Assembly: GCF_002113885.1 (NCBI RefSeq)
Contig: NW_018408786.1
Coordinates: 1,223,136-1,287,135, forward strand
Reading direction: 5' to 3'
DNA from: Mizuhopecten yessoensis
Taxonomy: Eukaryota
DNA: 64,000 nucleotides
Below, one piece after another: positions 37,731-50,735 of the stretch; the first letter of the stretch is position 1; each line of letters starts with the position of its first letter. The notes below the pieces were generated by a model that did not search any database, was not told where the DNA came from, and saw only the letters and a list, made by a program, of their open reading frames with translations. The position numbers and the translations under genes were made by a program.

Positions 37731-38142
37731 ACAAGGCCATATTTACTATCATGTCCCTAATACAAATGTCATCAAGTTTTGAATGTTATAAAATAGAATG
37801 CAACATATATATACAGAATAAAGGCTTTCCAGTTTGTTCAATGAAACCTTGACCAACGTTCAAGATCACAGGGGTCATATGTTTTGAACTCTTTAAATAA
37901 CTTCTAAATGAAAAGATACTAATAAAGTTTGTCTAAATGAATGACCTTGGCCAACTTTGAAAGTAGCATGAGTATATATAATAAGTGAAAATCCCCTAGC
38001 AACAAAGGCAAGGGTCCAGAGTAATGAAATCTAAACAGTTGTTTTAATAGCTTTGGCCTGAACCTACTTTGAAGGTCACAGATGTGATGTGCTTGCTAAC
38101 AGATTGAATGAAAGATGAACAATACGGGCCCATTTGGCCTGC
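37731..38142 (+). mobile_element. Degenerate non-autonomous Helitron/Helentron-like element
   Basis: Repeated aatga(a)ccttg.ccaa...aaggtcacag core units and a 3' short hairpin (gggcccatttggcc), as in mollusc HINE-type repeats. Confidence 0.45.
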
Positions 38143-41100
38143 TATTATGACACTAACGTCACACTATCAATGGAACTGGTACTATAAATAGAATTGGTAT
38201 TATGATATCAAGCTATAAATAGAACTGGTACAGTGCTGACCGGCCACTGATCTTAACAATCAGGAAGTAACTCAAAGAACAATCTGAACAAATCATTCGC
38301 ATGTAGTTTTCAATGGTTCATCAGTTGAACCGATTCTTTTTTCCTGGATATGTGTTCACACTGTCCATCGAACTTGCAGGACATTTACTTCTTGTAGAAA
38401 TAGTAACACATATTGTTTTCATATCGGTTTATCAGCGTAACACAGATATGTGTTGGGCGGGGTATATCTAGATCTATATTGACTGATATGCCATACCCGG
38501 TCACCAGGTACATGTATACTGACAGGTCTGTCAGCATCTCAGTAATAATCAACCCCATCACAAAAGGCTCAGTGGGCCTGTAACTGCTGCTTTAAATAGC
38601 ACCACATATAAAACCTGAAAATCGCCTGCGAAACGTATCATTTCAAATATGTAAACATATTTTTGAACCATAACAATAGGCCTGGATAAGACAATATAAA
38701 ACGCTTGATTACCGAGACCTGATCTTTTCACCCTCGGTTTAGATTGACTTTTGAAATGTTTCAGTCCGTGAAGTTCTCTGTAAGCTAGCATGTCAGTGCT
38801 GCCAACCGGCAGGAACATGCCTGTCTTGTGTTTTTATCTCTGCTGGAGGTCTACCGTTCCATGTGAGCAGCATGTGCGGAAAGCATGCGTAATTGGTCTC
38901 TGTTTACAGTAACAAAACGCTCGGCTCTACACAAACTCACCGCAGAATGCAAACCCAAGATGTGCACTTAAAAACTGTGTGTTCATCCCTCACACATTGA
39001 CAGGTGTTTAGAAACAAGTATCGTATTTCTGTTTTTGCACACACAAAAGAAAGACATGCAGATTTGATATCTTCTCGTTACTTTTTTTTTGTGTATTATT
39101 TTTCAATTACTTTTTGTTCACTGAAAACCATAATTATAACCACAAGGCATCACATGTACATGTATATATATAAACCTTTGAATGGATATACAAGTATATG
39201 TCTATTAAGTTAGCAAACGTAACAAACCAGAACGTAATAAATTTTATTTCGTGCACGCATTGCATTCTTTCTCAGCTGGCACACTGGTTTTTGCTGCTTC
39301 GCATTTTGAATTTACTATTTGGAGGCTGCAGGCTGATCTTCTTCTTCCATTTCAATCGTCTGGTCCATTTTAACTTAAAGATGGACATGTTTCTCTGTTC
39401 TAACTTCCAGTAAGTTTCTCAATGTTTTGAGATGAAAGTGTATTTAGTACAATATTCCTCCGAAAGGAGTCAACATATCACAGCAAGTCAATGACCTTGG
39501 CTGGTTAATCAGAGCGTAATAATCCTCTTATATGTATGAATAGGGCACATCAGGAAAAGTGTGGAATTCTATAGGCTTAATTATAATATCACAATCCTAG
39601 GGACCAGTGTTAATCCACCTGTATTATGATAAATTTAATTTACTGCATGTCTCAAATCCCTTCATTCTCGAAAAGAAGCAAATCAGCAATGCCTTATAAT
39701 AGTTCTCTTTATCAGGGAAGTAATTCTTTAATTCCTTATAGAGTCAAAATAGGCCAATCGTTCATTGAACTAAACGAAATATCTCCACAGCTCAAATCTG
39801 TAACATCTAACTTCTAGCCAAGGGATTGCTGATTAGTGTATGTATTGAAGCCTTGGGGAGAAGACGATCCTTGGTTTATTTGAATGAATGTATCAAGAGA
39901 TTTGTATAGTAGATTACATTGATAATCTGAGAGCAGCACATTTTTCATATTTTTGCGAGGATTTTTTTTTATTCATGCTTTGACTTCTAGATGATACTCT
40001 ATAATAAAATTGATAAAAAAAATCATAAATTAAAAAATAAAAAAGTTCTGTTGAAAATTTCGCCCATTTTATGACACACTTTAAAATCTTCTTTATCTAT
40101 TTTATAGAAGTTGCTTGAAGGCACTTTATTTTCACCCATTCAGCTCTGTAAACATATTCCTCAATCGCGTTCATCATCTTTCTCGAGATTTGAATCTGTG
40201 TCGTGTATGTCTCTCTACCATACCTGAGAATACACCTCACTACATCTCGGATCAAGGTGATCCAGCTTCCAGGTCAAACACAAAATATATATTTTATTTT
40301 AAGTCCATAAAAAAAATGTCGCCATTGTCACAACTCACATAAAAACCGCCCATTAAACTAGTTTGTACAAATGGACAGCCATCATTACGAAGTCATGATT
40401 GTGGTTATTCTTGTTCAGGTCAACTTATAGTATAACACCTATGGAGTAAAGCGGGGAATATTCATGTCACCCAATGTTAAATAGATTCGATTCCATTTAG
40501 GAAACCTATTTTTACACCTGTACTCCCGAGCTAGGTGATTAGAATACTAAATTGTACTAACACAGTACGTGGAAGTTTTGAGGGCTCATTATTATTCTAT
40601 AGTATATGTACGCATAAAGGAAACGGAGATATTTACAACCATGTATATAAATATATTGTCACACTGCCAAAATTTCAGGCAAAAGTTGACTCAGTAAAAT
40701 TTTCCTGAAATATATATCTATATATGTATATTTCAAAGGCTGGTAAGAGATAAACAATACCTGTTAAATTATTTTAGGACCTCCTTTATTTGATATTGAC
40801 AAAAGTTATTTCCGACACCACAGTCAAACCTGCACAACCAGCAATACTGGGTACAAATGTTTGTAAAATGCTTAAGATTTCATATATAGATTTAATTGTA
40901 TACACAATCTTTTTAAATATAAATGTCAAAATATAGATGAAATTCTAAGAAAAAATTAACATAAATAGATATCAACATATATCTTTTTCAGCATCTGTAA
41001 TAATAAAACCAAATCATGATAATAGATTATTGCAAAAAAATAAAATGTTCCACCAGTCCTACCTGATGGCATCTGGTTATAAAACATTTGCATGTCTATC

Positions 41101-44100
41101 AAATTTATCTGGGTAAAAGATTTATCTGGGTAAAAGTAATTTAATGTTCGTTTCAAAAAATATTTGTAGGTTCCCTATCTTTCATCTTTATTTCCGATGA
41201 TATTGTCATGCAAAATCGACCAGACAAACACTTGACTTGCTCGACAACTCCCAAATCATATCTAATCCTCAAAGTTTTCAAATACATTAAATTAGAATTC
41301 TCTTGCTGAAAATCAGGAAATCAAAACAAAAATCTACGTGTATGCTTTGAAATAGAGTGAAATGTATTTCAACATTTACAGTTTACAGATATCTGATCAT
41401 TTAACGATGTATATGAAGTAATATACACCAAAAACCTATCATTTTTGTGCGACCAGCAATTTTAGTGATTTCATCGTAAAAGTTACGTCAAAAACTGTGA
41501 TTTTAGTTTCGTCGATCTAACAGATGCTAGAAGTTTTTGATTTGATGGCTAAATTATTAATCTAGTGTTGATTGAACATCAACACTTCAACAGGCAAATT
41601 TGATTTTTTTTGTTCTATGTTATTCATTGGGTAAAATTTCTAGACAATATCTGGAAATCTTCTGTTTATTTAATATATTTTCACAATATGGTATCGATGT
41701 TTATAGCTTATAATTGCAAATTATTGGTATATATGTTTTTACAATATTGAGCTTATGTCACTCAGAAACACCTACAGAAGATGTTTCTTATTTAAATTCA
41801 CAAATTACAGATCTTTAACAGAAAACATGCAAAGCACATTAATTAGTCAAAATTAACAAAACTCTGTTTAAATTGATTTACATTTTATTAAACTGTCAAT
41901 CTACAAAACAAGAAGTGTCTTTAATTCTATAATCAAATTAAATTTTTAACTTTTTATTTCTTTTTAAATTTGAATCCAAATATTGCCATTTCCCTCCACT
42001 TCTCTTCAACAACACACAAATTCTGTTCACTGTAACAGTTGATGGTACCTAATACTTAATGTTGTGAAAACAAACCTCGTTTAGACTTCTAAATAACCTG
42101 TTTTTAAAACCTGAAGGGTATCAGGTGTGACACACAACCCAGTATGTAAATGAACACGTAAGGAAAGTGTGCCTATATATAATGGAAGGTCAGGTTTCAG
42201 TGCCAACATCCTGCTGACCCTGGTCTGACAGATATTACCATATATCTTGTGATCAAACACAAACCACACAGGTAAACATTATGATTAGCCTCCACATTTT
42301 ATGGTAAACATTTTGTTTAGGTGGACGTTTAGTCTGGTCACTCGCTGGTCAGTGTATGGTCAAGTCCACAGAAATTACCTGGACATTAGGATGCATGCTG
42401 TCTAATTTTCTGGCCAGCAGGCACACCGTTTAGACCAAGTGAAGCAGATAATACCATATCATGGTCAGTTAATGCTGTCCATTTGTACAGTACTGGTCAT
42501 CAGTAACTAAAGTGATCACTCTGTGTCTCAATTGTAAACAGCCTTGGGCACAGATTAACCTGCTGTGTTACCTAATACCATTACTGCCTCCTAAAGAGGT
42601 CAACAGGTTAAATTACTAACCCTATACACACACAATGTTAGCCAACCTGGAAATAATTATATAGCAATAAACTGAAATTTGTTTTAATCATTTACAAACT
42701 TTCAAACAGAAATTCAGTTTGTTGATGCACCCGAACAACCAATTTATGAAAAATCATGAGGCAGGTACCTTTAAAATAAATGCGAAGAATAAATATAGTC
42801 TGTTCTATCTGAACTCATACATATACCAACTGCCACTGTATTTATCAGGATTACAACATGGACAGCTTGTATTATAAACAAAGTGCAGTAGTTAAGTTTA
42901 GCTGCAGGCAAACTAATTTTAAATCTACATCGTAGGTAAGCCAGATGGCATGAAGAATCCAGCCCACAGGTAGGAACCAGGTCCAAATCAACATGAAAAA
43001 CACCCTCGAGTTTCAATAAATCAATTATTTCTATTCATCACCTTATCTGATAAATGTATCGCCCATTAAAAGCAAAGTGCCCATAAAGTTGGTCTGGATG
43101 AAAAATTTGGTCACTTTACTGTTAGTGATAGGACAGGGGGCTTTGTTGGCCTAATCAGAGAGCCCCTAAACATGGATCTGGACTTAGGTCGGCTTACCAG
43201 ACAATCTGTCCCCTGCTCGACACATTGTTGGCAATTGCCAGTCCCCAATATCTCTGAAATATCGCCCAAAGATCTCGACCATCCAACGTCTATAATCTCT
43301 ATACAAATACAAAATTCACTTTATTTTCCATTCTATAACGACACACTATCAAAAGAATTTTCAGAAGATTATTTTTCCATAAAATCACTACCTTGGTAGC
43401 GCAAGGAAAGAGCTGCTTCTTTCATAATACGAAATCGTGATGAACAGAAATTGTAATAGACAGTTAAACTGTGATATCAATTCTACACATGTTGAAATAT
43501 ATTCTAATCTTTGTAAATATCATTTCAGTTTTAATAAGGTAGTAGAAATTGAACACACCCTTCAAGTTAAAACCTAAGGCTGAATGCTTGAGTTTTGGAT
43601 CAGAACTTGTCCAGCTGATTTGGAAATAGAAAAGCCAATTTGTGTTCGTGCTGCATTCCCCACTGAACACATTAGTCTGGCCCGTGTCAAAGGAACAGAG
43701 GGTCCACTGTGGGTTTGTAGGGGAAGCGGGTGAGAGACAGGGCGGAAACCATGCACACAAGGAAAGGGTTACAATCTGTATATCTAAACATGCGACTGCT
43801 GAATTTATCATCTAAAGTTAGAATTTACATCATGACAAGTATTGTGACCAGACAAAATGTAACGACACCAGTTAGGGAAACCAGTAGGTAATGAGCAGGC
43901 ATGCCATGTAAGATGGGAAGTATTAATGCTGTACAAGGAAGTAGAAAGTCTGTTTAGTCAACTTCCTAGACAGATCATGTTAGGCACCATACATACAGGG
44001 TCCCAAATGACTAGAAAACTGCAAACATAATTTGCATTTGCCGCAAATTCATGAGATAAAATCGTTATAAAAAAAGGACCTCTTCACTAACCCCTGTATA

Positions 44101-44620
44101 CAAATGCAATAGACATCAAAAAGTTCTCACAACCCCCAATACATGTAAATGACATGTCTGTATGTTATTTTTCAAGTCATGCATCCATACAAAACCTCTG
44201 AATTTTATTAAAAGAAAAAATTATATTTCAGCATAAATTTACGATGACTTGAAAAACTGTTTGATGACTTTTTTGGGAGGGGTTTCATATTTCTAAATTA
44301 CTTCACTAAAAAGCTGACATATGATACTTAATGCATTCATTTACAGCCCATCTCTTTTTTAATGGGCGAAAGATCACAAGAAACTTGTTTAGTAGATGTG
44401 GGTATATTATTTTTGTACAGTCCTCAGTGCCCAGCATCTCTAGAACCTGTGCTGAAGGGAATAACAACTTTATACCAACACCTGGGGGTCAGTAGCACTA
44501 AAATTATTGGATAGAGTTACACTTCAGTTTGTAAATAAACAAACTAAGTATTTTTGTTTACTATTTGTGAATATTTCCCATTAAAGCTATCTCACTTCAA
44601 TACCATATACATACTGCATC

Positions 44621-44711
44621 TCAACTCATTCATCTCTACATTTTTAAATTGGACTTGTTCAGTCTTTAATTTGGTGAGGTTCAAATGTGACTTTAGGGTT
44701 GAATGGGTTAA
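44621..44711. mobile_element. ~90-bp TTAA MITE, diverged copy 4
   Basis: tcaactcattcatctct ... ttcaaatgtgactttagggttgaatgggttaa. Confidence 0.7.
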
Positions 44712-45099
44712 TTCGACCCCAGATACCTACAGTAGGTATTTTAGCAGACCCTTGAGAGCATGTTCTTGACTCCCTAAAGCTAGCTTAAGATTGTTCGGCA
44801 TGAAAGGACAAGTCTATTTGACATGTGTTTTGACCCTTTTAATTTCAGGGGAAATGTTATTTGACTTCTGAAATATAGTGAAATGTCAAGTGTTAACTGA
44901 AATCTCTGATACAATATCTCAATTCAACTCAGATTTAAAGTTGGTTACCAGTAATGTCAACATTGGGTTTAAGTAGTAGGATTATACAAAGTCACTTAAA
45001 TTCATAACCTTTCCAACAAATTCCCATTCAAAGAAACACATAATTCAATGTTGGTACAACTCAAAGTCCTGCTAACTCAGTGAAAACTTTCTGATCTAT

Positions 45100-45190
45100 T
45101 TAACTCATTCACCCCTGAAGACTTATTTGAACTCTTCCAATTCAAAGATTGGAATAGTCTATTATACAATCTCAGGGGTGAATGAGTTAA
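45100..45190. mobile_element. ~90-bp TTAA MITE, copy 5 (opposite orientation)
   Basis: Perfect TIR ttaactcattcacccctga ... tcaggggtgaatgagttaa. Confidence 0.88.
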
Positions 45191-45934
45191 AGGTCTCTAC
45201 ACCTTCATCCCTAATCCTATCAGAGTTCCGCTAACACTGTCACATCAACATTAGACGGTCGGTTTGAAAAACAGAATACATTTCACAGTCAAACTAACAT
45301 AATTTGTATAAACAGCACAGGCGGTACCTAAGTCCCACGACAGACACGTCTGTGTCCCTGGGGGCTGGATCCTCCCTTACTGTATAATGACGGGGTATGC
45401 TGAGCGTTAAACAGTGCGGATTGTTTGTGCTCACAGTGTTGTGTAAGTGATGTTGGTACGACACAGTATCCCCCTTTGTGGGGACTCTCAGACCTGTTAG
45501 GTAACCCAAGGTAAACACATTCGTCTAGTGACGCACCATCACAATCTACCACAAACTGGAGACTTACTTTTTTAAAAGTGGCAATCAAAAACCACTTAAA
45601 GATTCCATTTTTTTTTTTTTTAAATGAGACAGGTCATATAATATGCAGCTGAGAAAATAAATGCCAAAATTCCAATACCTTTACAGAACATTATTTCGAC
45701 AACATCAGATTGTAATAGTTGGTCTGGGGACTCAATAGAGTTATTGTTTTATTTTTTCTCTCTCTTTTTGTCATCCATTATAGGGGTGAAATAATCACAG
45801 TACAAGGCTTACTATAGAATATACACCTCAAGAGCCAAAACCAATTCTGGGCAAAAATTGATTTGCCGGTGAAGCTGATACAAATATTGAACTATTTTTT
45901 TCCCCTATATACAATATTAGTTACACCATTGGAT

Positions 45935-46313
45935 AACAAGCCATTTGGATTTATATGTCTCGCCTGTGCCTCGTTTTGACCATCAATGCACATGTCAAGT
46001 TTGGTTGGTCTAGCACTTTTAAAGTTTCAGAGAAACTAACTTAAGTGCAAAAACTTAATGTTGATGGAGATGCTGACAAAGTCAATGGACCATGAAAGGT
46101 AGGCCGCATCCAGCATTCGATGCATGGGTTGAGATGTACTACCTAAGATGCATCAATGGTCCAAGTTTGATTGGTGTAGCACTTATACTTTCAGTGAAAC
46201 TAACTTGAACACAAAATCTTAATGTTGACCGCAGATCACACACAATCCATGTGTGTAAGATTTTGCAACACCCTAAGTCTCGCTTCCGCTATTTCGTGGT
46301 GACTAGACAAAAA
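45935..46313 (-). mobile_element. Non-autonomous Helitron/Helentron-like element with ~166-bp internal duplication
   Basis: aacaag start, gtctcgc motif near both ends, agacaaaaa end; caagtttg.ttggt.tagcactt at 45996 and 46162. Confidence 0.5.
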
Positions 46314-48123
46314 CTGTATACTAACAGATACAAAATATTTACATGAACCTGGAGACTAATACTACTTGACATTGTATTCCCTCAGACCCACTTCTATAGA
46401 ATTATGTCCATGTAGGTCAAATACTGTTTCCTTTCTTTAGAAATAGGTCAAAATAGGTCAAATACAGATCTACGTAGATCCGAACAATTGAGGAAAATAC
46501 CAATATGATGATGCGTTATTTACGAGAGGAGGGATTACGACCTGCTACACAGAAAGTGGGCCAAACAGGTACAATAAACTAATGTTATATTCATATCTCC
46601 ACACAACCCGACACACTTACCTGGCCGTGTTATATAATGACACAATCTTATCTGAGTTTTATCTCAGAATGATAACATTTAGAGAAAAAAATACAAGATT
46701 TCAAAATCAAGGTAATATTTCTTTTTCAATTCCATGCACCTGGATCCAGTGAAAATTGGCTGGAATCCAGGCATTGGAGAAAGAGATACCATAATGACCT
46801 AAGTTTGTGCTAGGTTTGTGCTTGGTAACAATGTTGTACGGCAGATAGGTAGGTTTTTTATCTGTTTGGAACAGACCCTCCTAGCACTGTAAATTCTTTT
46901 AACATGACAGCAGAACGTCTTAAAATTCAGTTTACAGCCATCAAATCATGTTGATTTACAAGATCTGCATGTTTTTCCTTTCTGTTTTCAAATATGCTGA
47001 TTGAGCACATATCTTTACCCAGTTATTATAAACAAACCCAGTTATGAGTGTTCCCGAGAATGAGTTGTGTATCATTACTCTCCCCAAAGCAGCAGACATT
47101 AAATTTAATAGCCTTGTATAACCGCATCGTGAGGGAAACACTGGCTGGCTGGGTATTTTTGTCTCTGTGGCTTAAGACCAAGGCAGTAAAACTAAATTGC
47201 ATTATAATTCCTGGCAGTCCTAAGCATCTATACCCTATTACCTTGCATCAACATTTACATGCTTAATCACACATGAAAATACTAATTCTCAATTGTTTCT
47301 TTCCCATGCTACTTACATTTTTTCTTTCTTTTTTCATTGAACATACACTTTGTATATTATCGGAAAATTAATTGATAAAACTTCTTAAGAAATCTCTGTT
47401 TGAACACTTTTGTTTTTCTGTTGTACTCTGATAAGACTTTAAGAGTTATCTCCCTTCATTCTTATGTGTTATTTGCATGTTGGCATATTATTATATATAG
47501 AAGCTATTTTATTGACGTTTTCCGTTTTCATTCCCAGCTATTTATTTCCTTCTATACTACATGGGTCATAAATGTTTCGAATGCATGACATTTCCCAAAA
47601 TGAGTTCTGCTTATATTTAATGTATACTGTTGTGTGGCCCAGTTTTATCACAACCTTCTGTCGGTAAAAGAAACCATCAATCCATTTAACTTGAATGCTC
47701 TTCTTGCTTCTTGTTTGCTTGTTCTGGTGGTTTGTCAAGCTGGATGTCCATTGTTTTGGGGGACTGACTTCTGGAGAGGGTTGACGCAGTTGGTCATGGC
47801 AAGTTACACAAGTGAAGCAGGTGTCTTGTATACTGAAAGGCTGTTCACAATTCAAGAGACTAGCAAACACTGCCAGCCAATATTAAACCATTACAAAACG
47901 TAGACCAAGGGTAATAAAAGACAATTCTCTCTACAGATAATTACACAAGATGGCAGCTGATTTTTCAAAACACCATTCGGAGTTGATGATACTCGATTTA
48001 CACAAGGGGCATGGGACAGGTTAAGACCAGGGACTCAAACAGATTTGGGTGGAACTACAAATGAGGCATAATTTTGAAGGCACACCAGATCTTGAATCGC
48101 CTGGGGATGTTTTGATGACTTAC

Positions 48124-48197
48124 CATAGTCATGAGCTGTGGCAAGCATATTTCCTGACATTTTCACCTCGTCAAATTTGGCAAATATCTGGTTTAAC
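48124..48197 (-). CDS. CLASP: CLASP exon ending TOG1 (LNQIFAKFDEVKMSGNMLATAHDY-), 74 nt, phase 2-1
   Basis: tgatag| and |gtaagt splice sites. Matches the CLASP LN.IF.KFDEV..SGNM motif. Confidence 0.95.
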
Positions 48198-48774
48198 CTA
48201 TCAAATCAAAGATCAAAAGACCATTTTACAGACAAATCAAATTCTCATTTACCAAGAGCCTTAGGCAACATTCTTGATCATTATTCTAAAATAAATGGAA
48301 ATTTCCAATTTGCATTCTACATTCATATCTTGATTCTATCAGACATATTATGTCCATAGTATTATGTTTCTAGTGTTTTAAGTTTGTATCAGTGTTATCA
48401 ATCTATTTCATCAATTCAGATATATTCAACATCACTCACACCAATATCTTACAATCAAAGCCAAAACACATGGGCAATAAGCCTATGCCTGGTAATAAAC
48501 CCAACCTTTTCTTAACGCATTTCAATAGAAATACTAACAAATGCTATTTCGTTGTACTGCAATAAGTCCACCCAATACTTTTCGACAGAAAAGATGTGCT
48601 GACCCCCCTAAGGGTTATTACAGAATCAATATGGAAATTCAAATCGGCATTATCAGATATTCATTCAATAATTATGTAAAATTACTGCTAAATGCAGCAT
48701 TTCCATACAGGTTCACATCTAGAAACTTCCTTTTCTTTTACATGTAAAGGGAAATAACTCTATCCACTTTTTAC

Positions 48775-48872
48775 CTCTGTTGAGAGATGCCCTTCTTGAG
48801 TAAGTCTGAGCGCACCTTCTCCCCTACATGGCGATAGATCTCTACCAGTGTGTTAATGGCCGTCTCCCGAAC
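48775..48872 (-). CDS. CLASP: CLASP TOG1 exon (VRETAINTLVEIYRHVGEKVRSDLLKKGISQQ-), 98 nt, phase 0-2
   Basis: ttacag| and |gtaaaa splice sites. LVEIYRHVGE.VR.DL.KKG is a highly conserved CLASP motif. Confidence 0.97.
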
Positions 48873-49217
48873 CTGTAATGTCATCCACAATTTATCAATA
48901 TTGCAACAAGTTTAAAGAGTCACACACTTATTTTCTTTTTTCAATGAGCATAAAATCTGTCAGAAACACCCATTATAGGTAGAGTGCAATATTTATCAAT
49001 TATCTTTGCAACAAAAATGTATTTTATTTCTATCATAAGTTTCCTTATTTGACAAGAGACAGTTGATATACAGGTATAGTGGGTGAGGTTAACTTTGACA
49101 AAGTCAACAGGATAGGACAGTATAGGATGTGTGTCCACTTATTGACCAGTAAACATGTACAGTGGTACTGGTCACTATCCAGATGTGGCCAGGACATTGA
49201 CCTTCACCCATCCTTAC

Positions 49218-49293
49218 CTGGCTATTCTGATCATCTAGAAGTTTACGGATGTTAGGTACTATCTTAGACAGGGTTAAGCACCTTGCTCCATAT
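49218..49293 (-). CDS. CLASP: CLASP TOG1 exon (YGARCLTLSKIVPNIRKLLDDQNSQ), 76 nt, phase 2-0
   Basis: tttcag| and |gtaagg splice sites. LTLSKIVP..LL.D.NSQ is characteristic of CLASP. Confidence 0.97.
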
Positions 49294-49633
49294 CTGAAAT
49301 AAACAATTTTAAAATAAGCATCAAACATTCCATAAAATTCTGCATGAATACCCGGCAATTTCCTAATATTTCTTTGTACCACTGAGTTCTGATAACAATT
49401 ATCAACCAGTTTACATTGAATGTCTTTAACACTGAAAAAAGGTTACTGCTCAATATTTTTATTATTCATTCCTCTGGAAACATATTTAATCTAACAATAT
49501 TGACCAAGGGGACATAACTCTAGCAATACAAAATGAACTTATAAAGAAATTCAGCTGAGGATTTCGTATTCAAAATAAACTTGGATATGCTCTATTTTGA
49601 AAAACTCTTAACGTAACAACTATAAAAGAGAAG

Positions 49634-49657
49634 CAGCAGCAGCAGCAGCAGCAGCAG
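49634..49657. repeat. (CAG)8 microsatellite, read as (CUG)8 in the CLASP pre-mRNA
   Basis: Directly visible 18 nt into the intron after exon 49676. Confidence 0.95.
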
Positions 49658-49675
49658 GCGTGCCTATGTACTTAC

Positions 49676-49767
49676 GTGTTGAGTGTGTTCTGTAGACAGA
49701 TCAGGACTCCCTCTCTGACATGCCACAGCTTGTGTGTAAACGCACTCATCATCCTCTCAAACACATA
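49676..49767 (-). CDS. CLASP: CLASP TOG1 exon (YVFERMMSAFTHKLWHVREGVLICLQNTLN-), 92 nt, phase 0-2
   Basis: ttgtag| and |gtaagt splice sites. Matches the CLASP YVxxRM..F.HK..REG..CL..TLN motif. Confidence 0.96.
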
Positions 49768-49977
49768 CTACAACACAAAATCTTGATTGTCAGATATGGA
49801 AATATCTCAAACAATAACCAGGACTAATTAACCAACAGAAAGAGAAATAGAAATTGTATTGTCATAGATCTTGAATTGTCAAGATTTTGGAGAAAAATTT
49901 CAAGATTTATCCGCTTTTGTCACTATATTTCTCCGATTTTCACTGCATCAAACCAACAGAATTCTAAGCAGACATCA

Positions 49978-50068
49978 TTAACTCCTTCACCCCTGAAACT
50001 TCATAATGAACTATTCCACCCTTTGAATTGGAAGGGTTCAAATGTGTCTTCAGGGGTGAATGAGTTAA
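49978..50068. mobile_element. ~90-bp TTAA MITE, copy 6
   Basis: Same TIR and core; 30 nt from the donor of exon 50099. Confidence 0.88.
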
Positions 50069-50098
50069 GACTTGGACAGGACAAACGTTGTGACATAC

Positions 50099-50158
50099 CC
50101 CGGGCGATGTGGCTGGCATCATCAGTTTCATCAGCAACTGCTGGGCCATGTCTCGTAC
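50099..50158 (-). CDS. CLASP: CLASP TOG1 exon (VRDMAQQLLMKLMMPATSPG), 60 nt, phase 0-0
   Basis: gtgtag| and |gtatgt splice sites; in frame with both neighbouring exons. Confidence 0.93.
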
Positions 50159-50691
50159 CTACACACAAGTTAAACACATCATAAGTAAAACATTTTCATC
50201 ATTTGATCATTTAACAGTATAGATGTAAAGGTGTTTACAATAGCAGTTTTAGCTAGCTCTTACTTTTTATAAGTTAGATCCTAACCAGGCAATAATAATG
50301 TAATCATACACAAACTAAGGCACAAAATGTTGTCTTTTAGCATCATTCACAGATAAGAAGAGCCTGCAAATATAAAAATTAATTCCCGTTTTAAGACTGA
50401 TCTGTCTTCATGAAGGTTGGTGGGTTTTTTTTCCCTTCTCCATATTTTGTCTTCAAATTAAGCACCGATAAGCCTTTATTTTATTTAATATTTTTACCAG
50501 AATGTCCGATAGGGATCGAATGGATATGTTTCTCGAATGTTCGGCTATAGATACACAGCCACGAGTGATCATTATTTTTTCCTGTGAGGTTATATATAAT
50601 TATACACCATGGAAGGGATATAACTTGGACCAGTAATATATCTCAGAGATTTGAATTCTCTGGTAAAGTGTCCACGCGGCCACATACATAC

Positions 50692-50735
50692 CTGGTCTTT
50701 GGAGTCACCAAGACGGTCTACTACAGACGGAAGCA
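50692..50735 (-). CDS. CLASP: CLASP TOG1 exon (VLPSVVDRLGDSKDQ), 44 nt, phase 1-0
   Basis: tttcag| and |gtatgt splice sites. Contains the LPSxxDRLGDxKD HEAT motif typical of CLASP/TOG domains. Confidence 0.95.

Larger units (their letters stand above)
4147..48123 (-). other. ~44 kb phase-1 intron of CLASP between TOG1 and the TOG1-TOG2 linker
   Basis: GTAAGT at 48123 and polypyrimidine-GCAG at 4147. No further CLASP-like constitutive exon was found between them. Confidence 0.8.

Noticed and set aside
45380-45555. GC-richer open frame (FVVDCDGASLDEC...PSLY) with a phase-1 donor
   Set aside because: No ATG in frame, and its apparent acceptor is phase 0, incompatible with the upstream phase-1 donor.
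46615-46680. Perfect CAG|GTAAGT donor on the minus strand
   Set aside because: No ATG-led open frame upstream; it might be a non-coding exon but is unsupported.
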